Of a DNA stretch of 64,000 bases, positions 19,911 to 29,668 are shown piece after piece. A program made the position numbers and the translations under genes. Every line of letters begins with the position of its first letter. Within the stretch, counting starts at the first letter, position 1. The DNA is from Vulcanimicrobiota bacterium. Lineage in GTDB: Bacteria > Vulcanimicrobiota > Vulcanimicrobiia > Vulcanimicrobiales > Vulcanimicrobiaceae. The stretch is from NCBI GenBank assembly GCA_963833095.1, contig CAWHWQ010000005.1, positions 224,001 through 288,000 of the forward strand. Reading direction: 5' to 3'. The notes beneath the pieces are model-generated. The model did no database searches. It was not told the DNA's origin and saw only the letters and a program-made list of their open reading frames with translations.

Positions 19911-21692
19911 TCACCACCCAACGGCTTCACCATCTTTTCCGAAATCCGAGCCGCCTGCGTAAGCGCCGTTGGGCAGCAGCATAATCGCTTGATAGCCGCC
20001 CATCGGCCCACGATTCGTCGATTGCACCGTGTAGCCCATCGCGCGCAGTGGTTCGCCGACGAGATCGTAGAGCGGTGACTCGAGCGACAGCACGTCGGAG
20101 ATCTCGGCGTGCCGGAAACGTGCCATATCACCCGCCTGTTGCACGTTCGCGCCGAGATCGACGATGTCCACGGCGATTTGTTCGTGCCCTTGGGCCTGCA
20201 TGTCGCCGCCCATCAATCCGAGCGTCATCAGCGGGCGCCCATTCTTTGCAATAAATCCCGCCATCAACGTGTTGAACGGCCGTTTGTGCGGGGCGATCGC
20301 ATTGGGACTTTTTGGCTCGAGCGTAAAGAGGCCACCGCGATCGTGTAGGATGAAACCGTAGCCCGGCACGGTCAGACCCGATCCAAACTCATCGTAGTTG
20401 CTGTTGACCCACGACACCATGTTGCCGAAGCGATCCGCCGTGGAAAGCACGATCGTATCGCCGGCACCGGCGATACTGCCAGGTGCTGCAATCGGCGCCG
20501 CGCGATTCGGATCGATCTTCGCGCAGAGCGATTCTGCATGTTCGCGTGAGAGCAGTCGCGCAAGCGGAACGTTTTCAACGTCGGGATCGGCGTCGTAGTG
20601 GTAGAGATCAGCGTACGCGAGCTTCTTGGCTTCCACCAGCAGGTGCCAATATTGCGGATTCGCCGGCCCGAGCGAGGCGAGAGATTCACCCGGATAAACC
20701 TTCGGTGCGCACTCTTCGAGAATGCCCAGCGCTTCGTTGGTGGCAAAGCCTTGCGAAGGCGGCGGAAGTTCCAGGACATGGGAGCCGTGATACACCGTAT
20801 CGACAGGCTGCATCCATTCGCCGCTGTAGCTCGCGAGGTCGTCGAGCGTCATCGTGCCGCCCAATGCGCGCGACTTCGCAACGATCGCGCGTGCGATTTC
20901 GCCGCGGTAAAATACCTCGCGCCCGTACTTCTGTAACAGCCGGAACGAGTGTGCCAGGTCCGGATTGCGGAAGATTTGCCCCGTTTTCGGAGCAGCGCCG
21001 CCCGGATACCAGGTGCGCACCGAATCAGGATCGAGTTGCGTACAGCATCCACGCAACGGGAGCGCATTGGGGAGTCTCCAGTCGTGCGCGATGCGCTCGG
21101 AAACTGGATAGCCGTTTTGCGCGTAGTCGATCGCCGGCGCAAGCACGCGGTCGAACTTCATCGTGCCGAAGCGCCGTAGCGCTTCGGACCATCCCCACAC
21201 CGAACCCGGAACCGTCACATCGAGGATGCCGCCGTGCGGCATACCGGAACCGGGACCCCAATTTTTGGAGTCAGCGTGGTAGCCTAGGGCATTGAAACGC
21301 GCAATCGTCGCACCGCTCGGCGCTTTACCGCTAGCATTGAGCACGTAGTAGCGGTGATCTTTGGCGATATAAATGATGGCAAACACGTCGCCGCCCATAC
21401 CGACCATCATCGGCTCGACCACGTTGAGCGTCGCGACGGTGGCAACGGCGGCATCGATAGCGTTGCCGCCTTGCATCAAGATACGCAATCCCGCTTGCGC
21501 CGCCAGCGGCTGACTCGTTACGACCATGCCGTTGCGCGCGAGCACCGGGGAGCGGCTTTGAGGGAGCCACCCCTCGGCGCGATCGCCGCGCACGGCCTTA
21601 TCTGCTGGCGTGGTTTTCGGCGCATCCCCAGCGTGAGCTGTGCTCGACAGCGTGAACGCGACGAGCAAGGATGCGACGACGTTCCTCGTCAT
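19911..21692 (-). CDS. ggt: Gamma-glutamyltransferase family protein
   Basis: GGNAIDAAVA, GDTIVLSTADRFGNMVS, KRPFNTL and GLMGGDMQAQG motifs; signal peptide. Confidence 0.92.
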   Translation of the reverse strand: MTRNVVASLLVAFTLSSTAHAGDAPKTTPADKAVRGDRAEGWLPQSRSPVLARNGMVVTSQPLAAQAGLRILMQGGNAIDAAVATVATLNVVEPMMVGMGGDVFAIIYIAKDHRYYVLNASGKAPSGATIARFNALGYHADSKNWGPGSGMPHGGILDVTVPGSVWGWSEALRRFGTMKFDRVLAPAIDYAQNGYPVSERIAHDWRLPNALPLRGCCTQLDPDSVRTWYPGGAAPKTGQIFRNPDLAHSFRLLQKYGREVFYRGEIARAIVAKSRALGGTMTLDDLASYSGEWMQPVDTVYHGSHVLELPPPSQGFATNEALGILEECAPKVYPGESLASLGPANPQYWHLLVEAKKLAYADLYHYDADPDVENVPLARLLSREHAESLCAKIDPNRAAPIAAPGSIAGAGDTIVLSTADRFGNMVSWVNSNYDEFGSGLTVPGYGFILHDRGGLFTLEPKSPNAIAPHKRPFNTLMAGFIAKNGRPLMTLGLMGGDMQAQGHEQIAVDIVDLGANVQQAGDMARFRHAEISDVLSLESPLYDLVGEPLRAMGYTVQSTNRGPMGGYQAIMLLPNGAYAGGSDFGKDGEAVGW

Positions 21693-21704
21693 GGGCTAAA
21701 GCGA

Positions 21705-22985
21705 TTAGAAGTGCAGACCGAGGCCAACGTACGGGCCGCCCTCGGTCACGCTGCTCGGAGCGTTGTACCTCTCGTGCCAGGCATCGCCTTTATAGCCCCC
21801 CTCGATGAAGAACGGTATGGTCGAGAACGCGTAGGTAACGCCGAGATCGTATCTTGTCACAATGTAGGCGAACTTGATCGCGTTGCCGCCCGTGAAGCTG
21901 GGATTGGTCGTGGCCGACACGTTCCCGAAGTAGCTGTAGTTCCCATACACCGAGAACGGACGGTCGAAGTCGGGCGTTAGCTCGATCCCCGAACCTTGCC
22001 CCTTCAACCATGGGTACCCGGCGTTATTGCCCACCCACAGGTAACTGATGTCGATATAGAGATGCGGCACGATCAAGTTGAGACCGAGGTGCGCATCCGC
22101 CAAATAGTTACGCGCGGTGAAGGCCGGAACTGCGGTCGAACCAGCGTCGCCGATCGTCGTCACGTAACAGTTCGGAGCATAGACTCCGCTAAAATTGCAC
22201 GTGTGCGCGTAGTTGTATTGGGTTAAGCTGCCTCCGAGTATCATCGGAATCCCGGCAAGACTAAAGGCCGCATTTCCGTGAACCGCGTACGAAAAGCCGT
22301 CTTGATTCGCGTTGGTTTGCCCTGAACTAAACTCGTTGTAGACCTTCGGCGAAAGGTAGTCGCCGGCGACGTACACCTTGAGGAACGGGGTGGGCGACGG
22401 TGCCGGTGTGGGCGTCACGACCGGCGCTGGTTCGGCAGGCGGCGGCGGAACCGGCGTGGGCGACGGCGGTGGAGTCGCAGCGATGTAGCGTACGACCACG
22501 ATCTGCTTGTCGGGAACCCATTGAACGTATGCGCCCATGCCTTCGGAGATTACGCGAATCGGCACGAGGACGTGTCCTTGGTACACCATCGGAGGTACGT
22601 CGAGGGGACGCGACTCGCCGTTGATCACCACCTCCGGCCGACCCACCGTGACCTTCACGTCGGAACCGGCCTTGCTGACGTCGACCGTCTTGCTGGCGCC
22701 GTCATAGGAAACGGTGGCACCCATCTGCTCGAACATCGACCGCAGCGGGATGAGGACGGTGCCCCCACGCACGAGCGCAGCGAGCACCCGGCCCTGCTTG
22801 AGCGTGTCCGGCTTTGCGTATACGTGGTGATCATTGAAGAGAATCGGAATCTGCCCTGACGGCGGCGAGCCAAAGGTCGCCGGCGGCGCCATCGTTGCGC
22901 CTTGCCCCTGCGCGAGCGCCACGGCAACGTTCGAAAACGCCGCCGCAAATACCAAACCAAGAATGCTTACACTCAACCGCTTCAA
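21705..22985 (-). CDS. Copper amine oxidase N-terminal (stalk) domain protein with probable C-terminal beta-barrel
   Basis: TTG start after GGGAGG; signal peptide; LIPLRSMFEQMGATV and LVPIRVISEGMGA motifs; Pro-rich linker; terminal Phe. Confidence 0.8.
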   Translation of the reverse strand: MKRLSVSILGLVFAAAFSNVAVALAQGQGATMAPPATFGSPPSGQIPILFNDHHVYAKPDTLKQGRVLAALVRGGTVLIPLRSMFEQMGATVSYDGASKTVDVSKAGSDVKVTVGRPEVVINGESRPLDVPPMVYQGHVLVPIRVISEGMGAYVQWVPDKQIVVVRYIAATPPPSPTPVPPPPAEPAPVVTPTPAPSPTPFLKVYVAGDYLSPKVYNEFSSGQTNANQDGFSYAVHGNAAFSLAGIPMILGGSLTQYNYAHTCNFSGVYAPNCYVTTIGDAGSTAVPAFTARNYLADAHLGLNLIVPHLYIDISYLWVGNNAGYPWLKGQGSGIELTPDFDRPFSVYGNYSYFGNVSATTNPSFTGGNAIKFAYIVTRYDLGVTYAFSTIPFFIEGGYKGDAWHERYNAPSSVTEGGPYVGLGLHF

Positions 22986-23056
22986 GAGATGGTCCCTCCC
23001 CCAGCTATCCAACCGTGCTTGGCGAAAGAAGCCGTAATGCCTTCGGACCTTAGACT

Positions 23057-23290
23057 CTAGCGCGCGACGTACCGAAATTGGCCGGACGACCAGCCGCACG
23101 TGCTGCCGTCGTTCATGACAAACGATTCAAAGCCGTCGACATCGGGATTGAAGTCGGTATTGAGTGCCTTGGTCGCGGGCCAATTCACCGCCGGCTCCTG
23201 ACGCGCCACTGCGCGTGCCTTGCTGTTGGAGAATTGCGGGCTCTTGACGGCCGTGTTGAGGGCTGCGGCCAGGCGCTTTGCGTCGTCCAT
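23057..23290 (-). CDS. Hypothetical protein
   Basis: 77-aa ATG ORF starting 4 nt after the SGNH gene stop. Confidence 0.5.
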   Translation of the reverse strand: MDDAKRLAAALNTAVKSPQFSNSKARAVARQEPAVNWPATKALNTDFNPDVDGFESFVMNDGSTCGWSSGQFRYVAR

Positions 23291-23294
23291 AGAG

Positions 23295-23906
23295 CTAATG
23301 GAAGTCGCTTGCGATCGCCGCGTTTCCTTCCACGTTTGGATGCAACAGATCAGCCTGGACGTAGGCGGCGCGATACATGCGCGGATCGCTGCTCAGGTCG
23401 ACGACAGGCAGGCCCGTGGCGGACAACATAGCGTTCCAGGCGTTCACGTCTTTGGCGAATTGCGGCGCCTCGGCACCGGTCATGCGTTGCCAGTGACGCA
23501 AGTTCACCAGATAGATCGTTGCGGCGGGCTCTTGGCGGTGAATCAGCGTGAGCGCGTGCACGAAGTCGCGCCGCGCCGCCTCCAGCTCCGCATCGTTTGC
23601 CGAAGCCGTGCGTTTGGTGCCGTCGGGTTTGCCCTCAGGCGTATAACCGAACCCGCCGATGTCATTGGATCCACAATTGAGGATGACGATTGACGCGCCG
23701 CGCGGCATCCTCGGAACCTGGTTGTCTACTACATCTTCACATTGAGACCCGGGAATGGCGAGGTTCGCAAGCCTGCCGTGGATACGCCGCGTGTAGCGCA
23801 CCGCATAGTTCTGCGCTGAAGGCGCGGCAAGCCCGTACCCGTACGTGATCGAATCGCCGAGCGCGACCACGAGCGGCGTCACCGCCGCGAGCAAGAAGAA
23901 CATCAC
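23295..23906 (-). CDS. SGNH/GDSL hydrolase
   Basis: LGDSITYG, GSND and DLLHPN motifs. Confidence 0.92.
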   Translation of the reverse strand: MMFFLLAAVTPLVVALGDSITYGYGLAAPSAQNYAVRYTRRIHGRLANLAIPGSQCEDVVDNQVPRMPRGASIVILNCGSNDIGGFGYTPEGKPDGTKRTASANDAELEAARRDFVHALTLIHRQEPAATIYLVNLRHWQRMTGAEAPQFAKDVNAWNAMLSATGLPVVDLSSDPRMYRAAYVQADLLHPNVEGNAAIASDFH

Positions 23907-24015
23907 TGCCGAACGTTCGCTTCAATCGTGAAAAACGCTATGCCTGGGGGGCTCATTGAGACGTACGCTTTAGGATCGGAAGCAGCCGAGCGGCCTTCAC
24001 GGGAGGGGGATACGA

Positions 24016-24450
24016 ATGGCTACGATCGTCAAGGTCTTCGCCGGGGAATACGACCTCACGCACAAGGCGCGGTTGCGGGCCGAGTTCGATGCGCTGCACG
24101 CTGAAAATCGCCTTGTCTTAGATATGAGCGCTGTAACCTATCTCGACTCAACATTTATTTCTGAACTCATACGACTTCATGAAAAACGAGCCGAACGTGT
24201 CTGCGACCGGCTGACGATCGTGCGCGCCGGGCCAATCGTCAAGAAAATCTTCGCGCTTCTCTACATCTTCACGTTCGCTCGCGTGGTTGCCACCCTCGAT
24301 GAAGCCCTTCCAAAGGACGGTACACCCGTGATCCTTGATCGTGCCTGCACCGGTGATAACCCAGCGCCGCGCCACCGCATCCGCGTGCGCAAGACGGAGT
24401 CTCCGACACCGGTGTGGATCTCCAGCGTCCTGACCGCAGCAGGCGTTTAG
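24016..24450 (+). CDS. STAS-domain protein (anti-sigma factor antagonist-like)
   Basis: GEYDL and LVLDMSAVTYLDST motifs; GGAGG RBS. Confidence 0.82.
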   Translation: MATIVKVFAGEYDLTHKARLRAEFDALHAENRLVLDMSAVTYLDSTFISELIRLHEKRAERVCDRLTIVRAGPIVKKIFALLYIFTFARVVATLDEALPKDGTPVILDRACTGDNPAPRHRIRVRKTESPTPVWISSVLTAAGV

Positions 24451-24608
24451 CGACGCGCTTCTGCGCACTAATAGTGTGCAGCTTTTCGGCAGCGCGCCTG
24501 CTATGGTGATGGCATGCATTACGATCGCCGTGGCTTTCTCGGCGCAGCTGTGGCGACGTTTGCTGCGGTTCCCTTTAGCCTCGTCGGCTGTCAAGAGAGG
24601 CGAATTCC

Positions 24609-25835
24609 ATGACACAAGTTGCACAACCCACGGGCAGCGGAACGACCGCCATCCGCCTGTTTCCAACATTGAACGTCGCGCAAGCGGAACTCGACGATCT
24701 CCGTGGGCGCATCAAAGCCACGCGGTGGCCGTCATCACGTGAACTGGTACCCGACCAATCGCAAGGTGTCCAGTTGGCGATGATGCAGGCGCTCGCGCAA
24801 TATTGGGGGTCCGATTACGATTGGCGCAAGTGCGAAGCGAAGCAAAATGCCCTACCCCAGTTCATCACCGAGATCGACGGACAGGAGATCCACTTCATTC
24901 ACGTTCGCTCTAAGAACGAACATGCGTTGCCGCTCATCATTACGCACGGGTGGCCCGGCTCGATCATCGAGCAAGAGAAAGTCATCCCGCTGCTCACCGA
25001 TCCCACCGCGCACGGCGCGAGCGCGTCGGATGCATTCGATCTCGTCATCCCGTCGTTGCCGGGACACGGCTTCTCGCCGGCGCCGACCGTGCTGGGCTGG
25101 GATCCCGTGCGCGTCGCAAAGGCTTGGGCCGTCCTCATGGACCGGCTGGGTTACGATCGCTTCGTCGCGCAAGGTGGCGATTGGGGCGCGAACGTGACGC
25201 AAGAACTGGCGTTGCTCGCGCCCGAAAAGGTGATCGCCATCCACACGAACATGCCGGGTACCGTTCCGGCAGATATTTTGGCTGCCGCGAAGTCCGGCGC
25301 CAAATCCCCGGTTCCGCTTTCGGGTGACGAGCTTCAAGCATTTAACCAGTTGAGCGATTTTTATGCCAAGCACCTCGGCTATGCAGTCGAAATGACCAAC
25401 CGCCCGCAAACGCTCTACGGCCTGAGCGACTCGCCGATTGCGCTCGTGTCCTGGATGCTCGACCACGACAAGGACAGTTACGAGATGATCCGGCCGGCGT
25501 TTTTTGGAGATCCGGGCGGGCTGTCACGCGACGACATCTTGGATAACGCCTCGCTCTACTGGTTCACGAACACGGGGATTCCCTCGGCTCGCTTCTACTG
25601 GGAGAATAAGCTTGACTTCTTCGACATCAAAGGCGTCAAGCAACCCGTCGGCGTCAGCGCGTTTCGCTACGAGCTCTACCAAGCGCCAAAGAGCTGGTCG
25701 GAAAAGGCGTATCCAAACCTCGCTTATTACAAGCGGCACGACATCGGTGGGCACTTTGCCGCCTGGGAACAACCGCAGCTTTTTAGCGAAGACATTCGTG
25801 CGACATTCAAAACAGTGCGAGCCGGGGCCGCGTGA
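24609..25835 (+). CDS. Epoxide hydrolase
   Basis: HGWPGS, PSLPGHGFS, QGGDWG and GGHFAAWEQP motifs. Confidence 0.94.
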   Translation: MTQVAQPTGSGTTAIRLFPTLNVAQAELDDLRGRIKATRWPSSRELVPDQSQGVQLAMMQALAQYWGSDYDWRKCEAKQNALPQFITEIDGQEIHFIHVRSKNEHALPLIITHGWPGSIIEQEKVIPLLTDPTAHGASASDAFDLVIPSLPGHGFSPAPTVLGWDPVRVAKAWAVLMDRLGYDRFVAQGGDWGANVTQELALLAPEKVIAIHTNMPGTVPADILAAAKSGAKSPVPLSGDELQAFNQLSDFYAKHLGYAVEMTNRPQTLYGLSDSPIALVSWMLDHDKDSYEMIRPAFFGDPGGLSRDDILDNASLYWFTNTGIPSARFYWENKLDFFDIKGVKQPVGVSAFRYELYQAPKSWSEKAYPNLAYYKRHDIGGHFAAWEQPQLFSEDIRATFKTVRAGAA

Positions 25836-25850
25836 TAAGCTAAAGGGGCT

Positions 25851-26135
25851 ATGCTGATTCAAACGATCATCTATACGTTCGCGCCCGAAGACGCCGACAA
25901 GGCCGAAGTGATCCTGCGCGAGTTACGGGATGCCTCGCGCAAAGAGGAAGGCATGATCACCTTTGACGTCGCGCGCAGCAAAGAACACCCCAATGTCTTC
26001 GCCCTCTGGGAAGAGTATCGCGATGAGGCGGCCGTGGAAGCCCACAAGGCCACCGAACACTTCGGGCGCCTCGCGCTCAATGGTGTACGGCCGCTCGCCA
26101 AGCAACGAATCGCCGAGACCGTTTTTCCGATCTAA
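25851..26135 (+). CDS. ABM-domain protein (putative quinol monooxygenase)
   Basis: SRKEEG...WEEYRDEAAVEAHKATEHF pattern. Confidence 0.85.
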   Translation: MLIQTIIYTFAPEDADKAEVILRELRDASRKEEGMITFDVARSKEHPNVFALWEEYRDEAAVEAHKATEHFGRLALNGVRPLAKQRIAETVFPI

Positions 26136-27307
26136 TGCGCGCGATCGACGCGCGCTTCATTGCCGGCGGTGCGATCGCGCTCGCGGTGGCGATGGGCGTC
26201 GGCCGTTTCGCGTATACGCCGTTGTTACCGGTCATGGAACACGACGCCGGCCTGGGTGTCTCCATGGCCGGCACTTTGGCATCCTCAAACCTCTTTGGAT
26301 ATCTCGTGGGCGCGTCGCTGGCGATGCATCCGGTTACGCATCGCAGGCGCCTGGCAATCCTGCGCTGGAGCCTTGCCGGCGTGATTGTGACGACGGCGCT
26401 GATGGCCACGGCCGCGCAGCTGTGGTTACCGCTGCGCTTCTTGACCGGCATCTGCAGCGGCTTTGTGCTGGTGTTTGCATCGAGCATCGTGCTCGAGCGC
26501 GCCGCTCACGCGCGCGCGCCCTCGTGGCCGCCGCTCTTTTTCTCGGGCGTCGGGCTCGGGATCGCATTTTCGGGGGTTGCGGTTCCAGCGTTCGTCGCGT
26601 ACGGCGGTTCGCGCGCTGCATGGGTCGGCATCGCGACCGTCAGTGGCATCGCGTTGCTCGTAAGCGCGCGATGGTTTACCGACGATGCGCCGTCGTCGAG
26701 CATTGCGCAAGCCGGCATCGATGCACCGCTACCGCGCCGCACGACTTTCGCGTGGCTCTTAGCGGTGTACACGGCAGAAGCGTTTGCCTACATCATTCCG
26801 GCTACGTTCCTGGTTGCGATCGTGGCGCGAATCCCGGAGCTCACGCGCTACGCGGCACTCTCTTGGGTATTCGTTGGTTTGGCGGCGGCATTCGCGACGT
26901 TTCCGTGGATTCACGTCGCGGCCCGAATGGGTAAGGCGCGCGCCCTCGCGGTTGCATTCGGTATTCAAGCGATCGGCATCGCGGCACCAGTATTTTCACA
27001 AAGCCCTACAGCCGTCGTCGTCGCGGCCGTTGCGCTAGGCGGAACGTTTATCGCCATCACCCTCTTCGCTGCAGGGCTCGGACGCGATATCTTCCCCCAC
27101 AAAACCAACGACGCGGTGAGCCGCCTTACCGTGTTTTACAGCGTCGGCCAAATCGTCGGCCCGATCCTTGCGACGCAACTAGCGCTGCGCTTTAACTCCT
27201 ACAACCCCGCGCTTCTGGCGGCGGCCGGCGTCGCCGCTCTCGCCTCCATCACGACCCTTATCACGATCGGCGCGCCGCGAGCCGCATCTCCGGTATCGCG
27301 AGCATAA
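26135..27307 (+). CDS. YbfB/YjiJ family MFS transporter
   Basis: AMGVGRFAYTPLLP and AYIIPATFL motifs; about 12 TM segments. Confidence 0.9.
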   Translation: MRAIDARFIAGGAIALAVAMGVGRFAYTPLLPVMEHDAGLGVSMAGTLASSNLFGYLVGASLAMHPVTHRRRLAILRWSLAGVIVTTALMATAAQLWLPLRFLTGICSGFVLVFASSIVLERAAHARAPSWPPLFFSGVGLGIAFSGVAVPAFVAYGGSRAAWVGIATVSGIALLVSARWFTDDAPSSSIAQAGIDAPLPRRTTFAWLLAVYTAEAFAYIIPATFLVAIVARIPELTRYAALSWVFVGLAAAFATFPWIHVAARMGKARALAVAFGIQAIGIAAPVFSQSPTAVVVAAVALGGTFIAITLFAAGLGRDIFPHKTNDAVSRLTVFYSVGQIVGPILATQLALRFNSYNPALLAAAGVAALASITTLITIGAPRAASPVSRA

Positions 27308-27596
27308 ACAGCGCTACCCGCTCGTCGGGGGTCAACGTCAACGCATTCGCAAGCCGGTCCAGCAGCTTCATCGAGGCGCGCACCGTCGCGCCGCTCTCGA
27401 GCAGACGATACCAGCCGCGCGTGACGCCGACCACCTCGGCGATCTCTTCCTGTGTCACGCGCCGCCCGCACCGGACCGGAAGCCGCTTGTACGGCCCAAG
27501 CGCCGTCGACTCCGGGGGGATACGTCCCCGGAGCAGCCTTAGCAGGTTACTGACCGACGATTGCCCCGCAACCCGGTCGACCGTCATCAACATCAT
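27261..27596 (-). CDS. XRE-family helix-turn-helix regulator
   Basis: VTQEEIAEVVGVTRGWYRLLESG motif. Confidence 0.82.
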   Translation of the reverse strand: MMLMTVDRVAGQSSVSNLLRLLRGRIPPESTALGPYKRLPVRCGRRVTQEEIAEVVGVTRGWYRLLESGATVRASMKLLDRLANALTLTPDERVALFMLAIPEMRLAARRS

Positions 27597-27664
27597 AGCC
27601 GCATCGTAATACGCGTCGCCCGTGAGAATCTATGAACTGAGAGTTCGTGGTACGATAAACGACC

Positions 27665-28204
27665 ATGAATGAGCGGGCACGCCAAACCGAGCTGCGGTCG
27701 TTTCTGGCCACCGCCCGAGCACGCTTGCGGCCCAGGGATGTTGGGCTTCCGATCCTTGGGCATCGGCGCCTTCCGGGTTTGCGCCGCGAAGAGGTCGCCG
27801 AACTCGTCGGAGTATCGCCGCGATGGTACGCATCATTCGAGGCCGGTGACGGGCGGCGTCGCTTCTCGACAGCCTTCGTGCAGCGCGTCGCGGACGTCTT
27901 GCGCCTTTCCGATCCCGAGCGCATGCGGCTCTTCGAGCTGGCACTTCCCGAGGCGGCCGCGGTGGCGCGGCACGTCCACGCAGCCGCCGGGCGGGCCATC
28001 TCTTCGGCGATCTACCGCCAACTCGTCGCGCAAGAACGGCTTCGCGAGGCGCAGGAGCAACTTCGCTTCGCTCAGGCCTCCGCGGGGCGCGCGCTTGCGA
28101 CGGCCATTTATCTCACCTTGCTGGAAAAGGCGGCCCCCAAACCGCCCCGCAGCCGCCATCTAAGTATGGCGCGAAAGCGCGATGCGAAACCAGCTGACGC
28201 CTGA
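27665..28204 (+). CDS. XRE/MmyB-like HTH regulator with atypical C-terminus
   Basis: LRSFL..RARLRPRDVGL...PGLRREEVAELVGVSPRWY motif. Confidence 0.82.
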   Translation: MNERARQTELRSFLATARARLRPRDVGLPILGHRRLPGLRREEVAELVGVSPRWYASFEAGDGRRRFSTAFVQRVADVLRLSDPERMRLFELALPEAAAVARHVHAAAGRAISSAIYRQLVAQERLREAQEQLRFAQASAGRALATAIYLTLLEKAAPKPPRSRHLSMARKRDAKPADA

Positions 28205-28610
28205 GGAATGCCGGCTCGTTCAAGCGAGCTTCGCGCAGATCGATCCGGTGGCCAGTCGCGTCGCCGCGCTGTTTTATCAGCGGCTCTTCGAGCTGGACCC
28301 GACGCTCGCGCCGCTGTTCAAAGTCGATATGACCACCCAAGGCGCGCGTTTTATGGAAAAGCTCGCCATTGCCGTAAAGGGGCTCGAAGATCTCGACGAG
28401 ATCGCGCCGTTCGTCGAGACACTTGGCCGACGACATGGGGGCTACGGCGTCAAAACAAAAGATTACGATACCGTTTGCGATGCGCTGCTTTGGTCTTTAG
28501 AACAGCACCTGGGGCCGGCGTTCGCAGAGGACGTCAAGGCCGCGTGGTCGGCTGCATACGAAGCGCTTTCGACGAGGATGATCGCGGCTGCGGCAGCGCA
28601 GGCTTCGTAA
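28182..28610 (+). CDS. Single-domain bacterial globin
   Basis: FYQRLFELDPTLAPLF, LGRRHGGYGV (proximal His) and AWSAAY motifs. Confidence 0.92.
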   Translation: MRNQLTPEECRLVQASFAQIDPVASRVAALFYQRLFELDPTLAPLFKVDMTTQGARFMEKLAIAVKGLEDLDEIAPFVETLGRRHGGYGVKTKDYDTVCDALLWSLEQHLGPAFAEDVKAAWSAAYEALSTRMIAAAAAQAS

Positions 28611-28619
28611 AACACCTCG

Positions 28620-29468
28620 CTAGAAAATTCGAACGGCGAGCGCAGCGATGTCGTCGCGTAGCCGGCCGTCGCAAAAGCGGTTTACGTCGGCGAGGACGTG
28701 CTCGACGAGGCTCACCATAGACGGTGCAGCGCGCACCGCCATCGACACCGACGCGACAAGCCGCTCAATGCCGTACAGATCGCCGTCCGGCGATCGCGCT
28801 TCGGTGACGCCGTCCGTCGTCGCGACGAGAATCGTTCCCGGGGTGATGTCGACATGGCGCTGTTTGAAGAGATGGTGCTGGTCGTCGAATACGCCGATGA
28901 TGGGAGCGGTCGGTTCAAGGACCTCCACGCCCGCTCCGGGTCTGTACAAGATCACTGGTTCGTGTCCGGCGGAAGCATAGTTCATGGAGCGCCGGTCGTG
29001 GTCGAGAATTCCCATGAAGAGGCTTGCGAACGACTCGGTTCGTTCGAACGCGTTGTTTTCGATGTAGGCGCGGTCGAGCGATCGGATCACACGTTCGGCC
29101 GTCAGACCCTCCGATGCGTAACAGCGCAGTCCATACTTGACCAGCGCCGCGTGAATCGCTGCGGAAGCGCCTTTGCCGGAGATGTCGGCAATGGAAAGTG
29201 CAACGTTGCCATTGTCGAAATGATAGACATCGACGATATCGCCGCCGATCGCGCGCTCGGCGAGCACGTAGGCCACGTGGTATTCGATGCCGTCGATTTC
29301 ATGCTCGGACGGAGCGAACAGGTGCCGCATGAGCACCTCGGCAGATGCCCGATCCTCGCGCGCCAGATGGCCGTTGGCCGGGGGCTCCTGCGCTGCCAAC
29401 TCTTCCACGGGCGAGGGCTCCGGCTGCGTAACAACCGGCTCTACGTGGACGCGTTCGTCGAATGTCAT
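28620..29468 (-). CDS. PP2C/SpoIIE-type serine phosphatase
   Basis: IGGDIVD, ADISGKG, SAGH, TDGVTEA and DDIA motifs. Confidence 0.92.
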   Translation of the reverse strand: MTFDERVHVEPVVTQPEPSPVEELAAQEPPANGHLAREDRASAEVLMRHLFAPSEHEIDGIEYHVAYVLAERAIGGDIVDVYHFDNGNVALSIADISGKGASAAIHAALVKYGLRCYASEGLTAERVIRSLDRAYIENNAFERTESFASLFMGILDHDRRSMNYASAGHEPVILYRPGAGVEVLEPTAPIIGVFDDQHHLFKQRHVDITPGTILVATTDGVTEARSPDGDLYGIERLVASVSMAVRAAPSMVSLVEHVLADVNRFCDGRLRDDIAALAVRIF

Positions 29469-29668
29469 GGGTAATCCGAGGGAAGCGCGACAACCAAAGA
29501 GTTGACGCTGGTCGTTGGATTGTCGTAGGAGAGCCGAAATCATGCCGACCGGGCCCTTGCCGCATGATATTGTCCTTTTGTCCAGTTGAAACGAACGAAG
29601 TCACACCATCGGAGACGGGTGCTGGGGCGAACGCGCTGAACCATTGCGCCTATCGTCAGGAGGTACCA

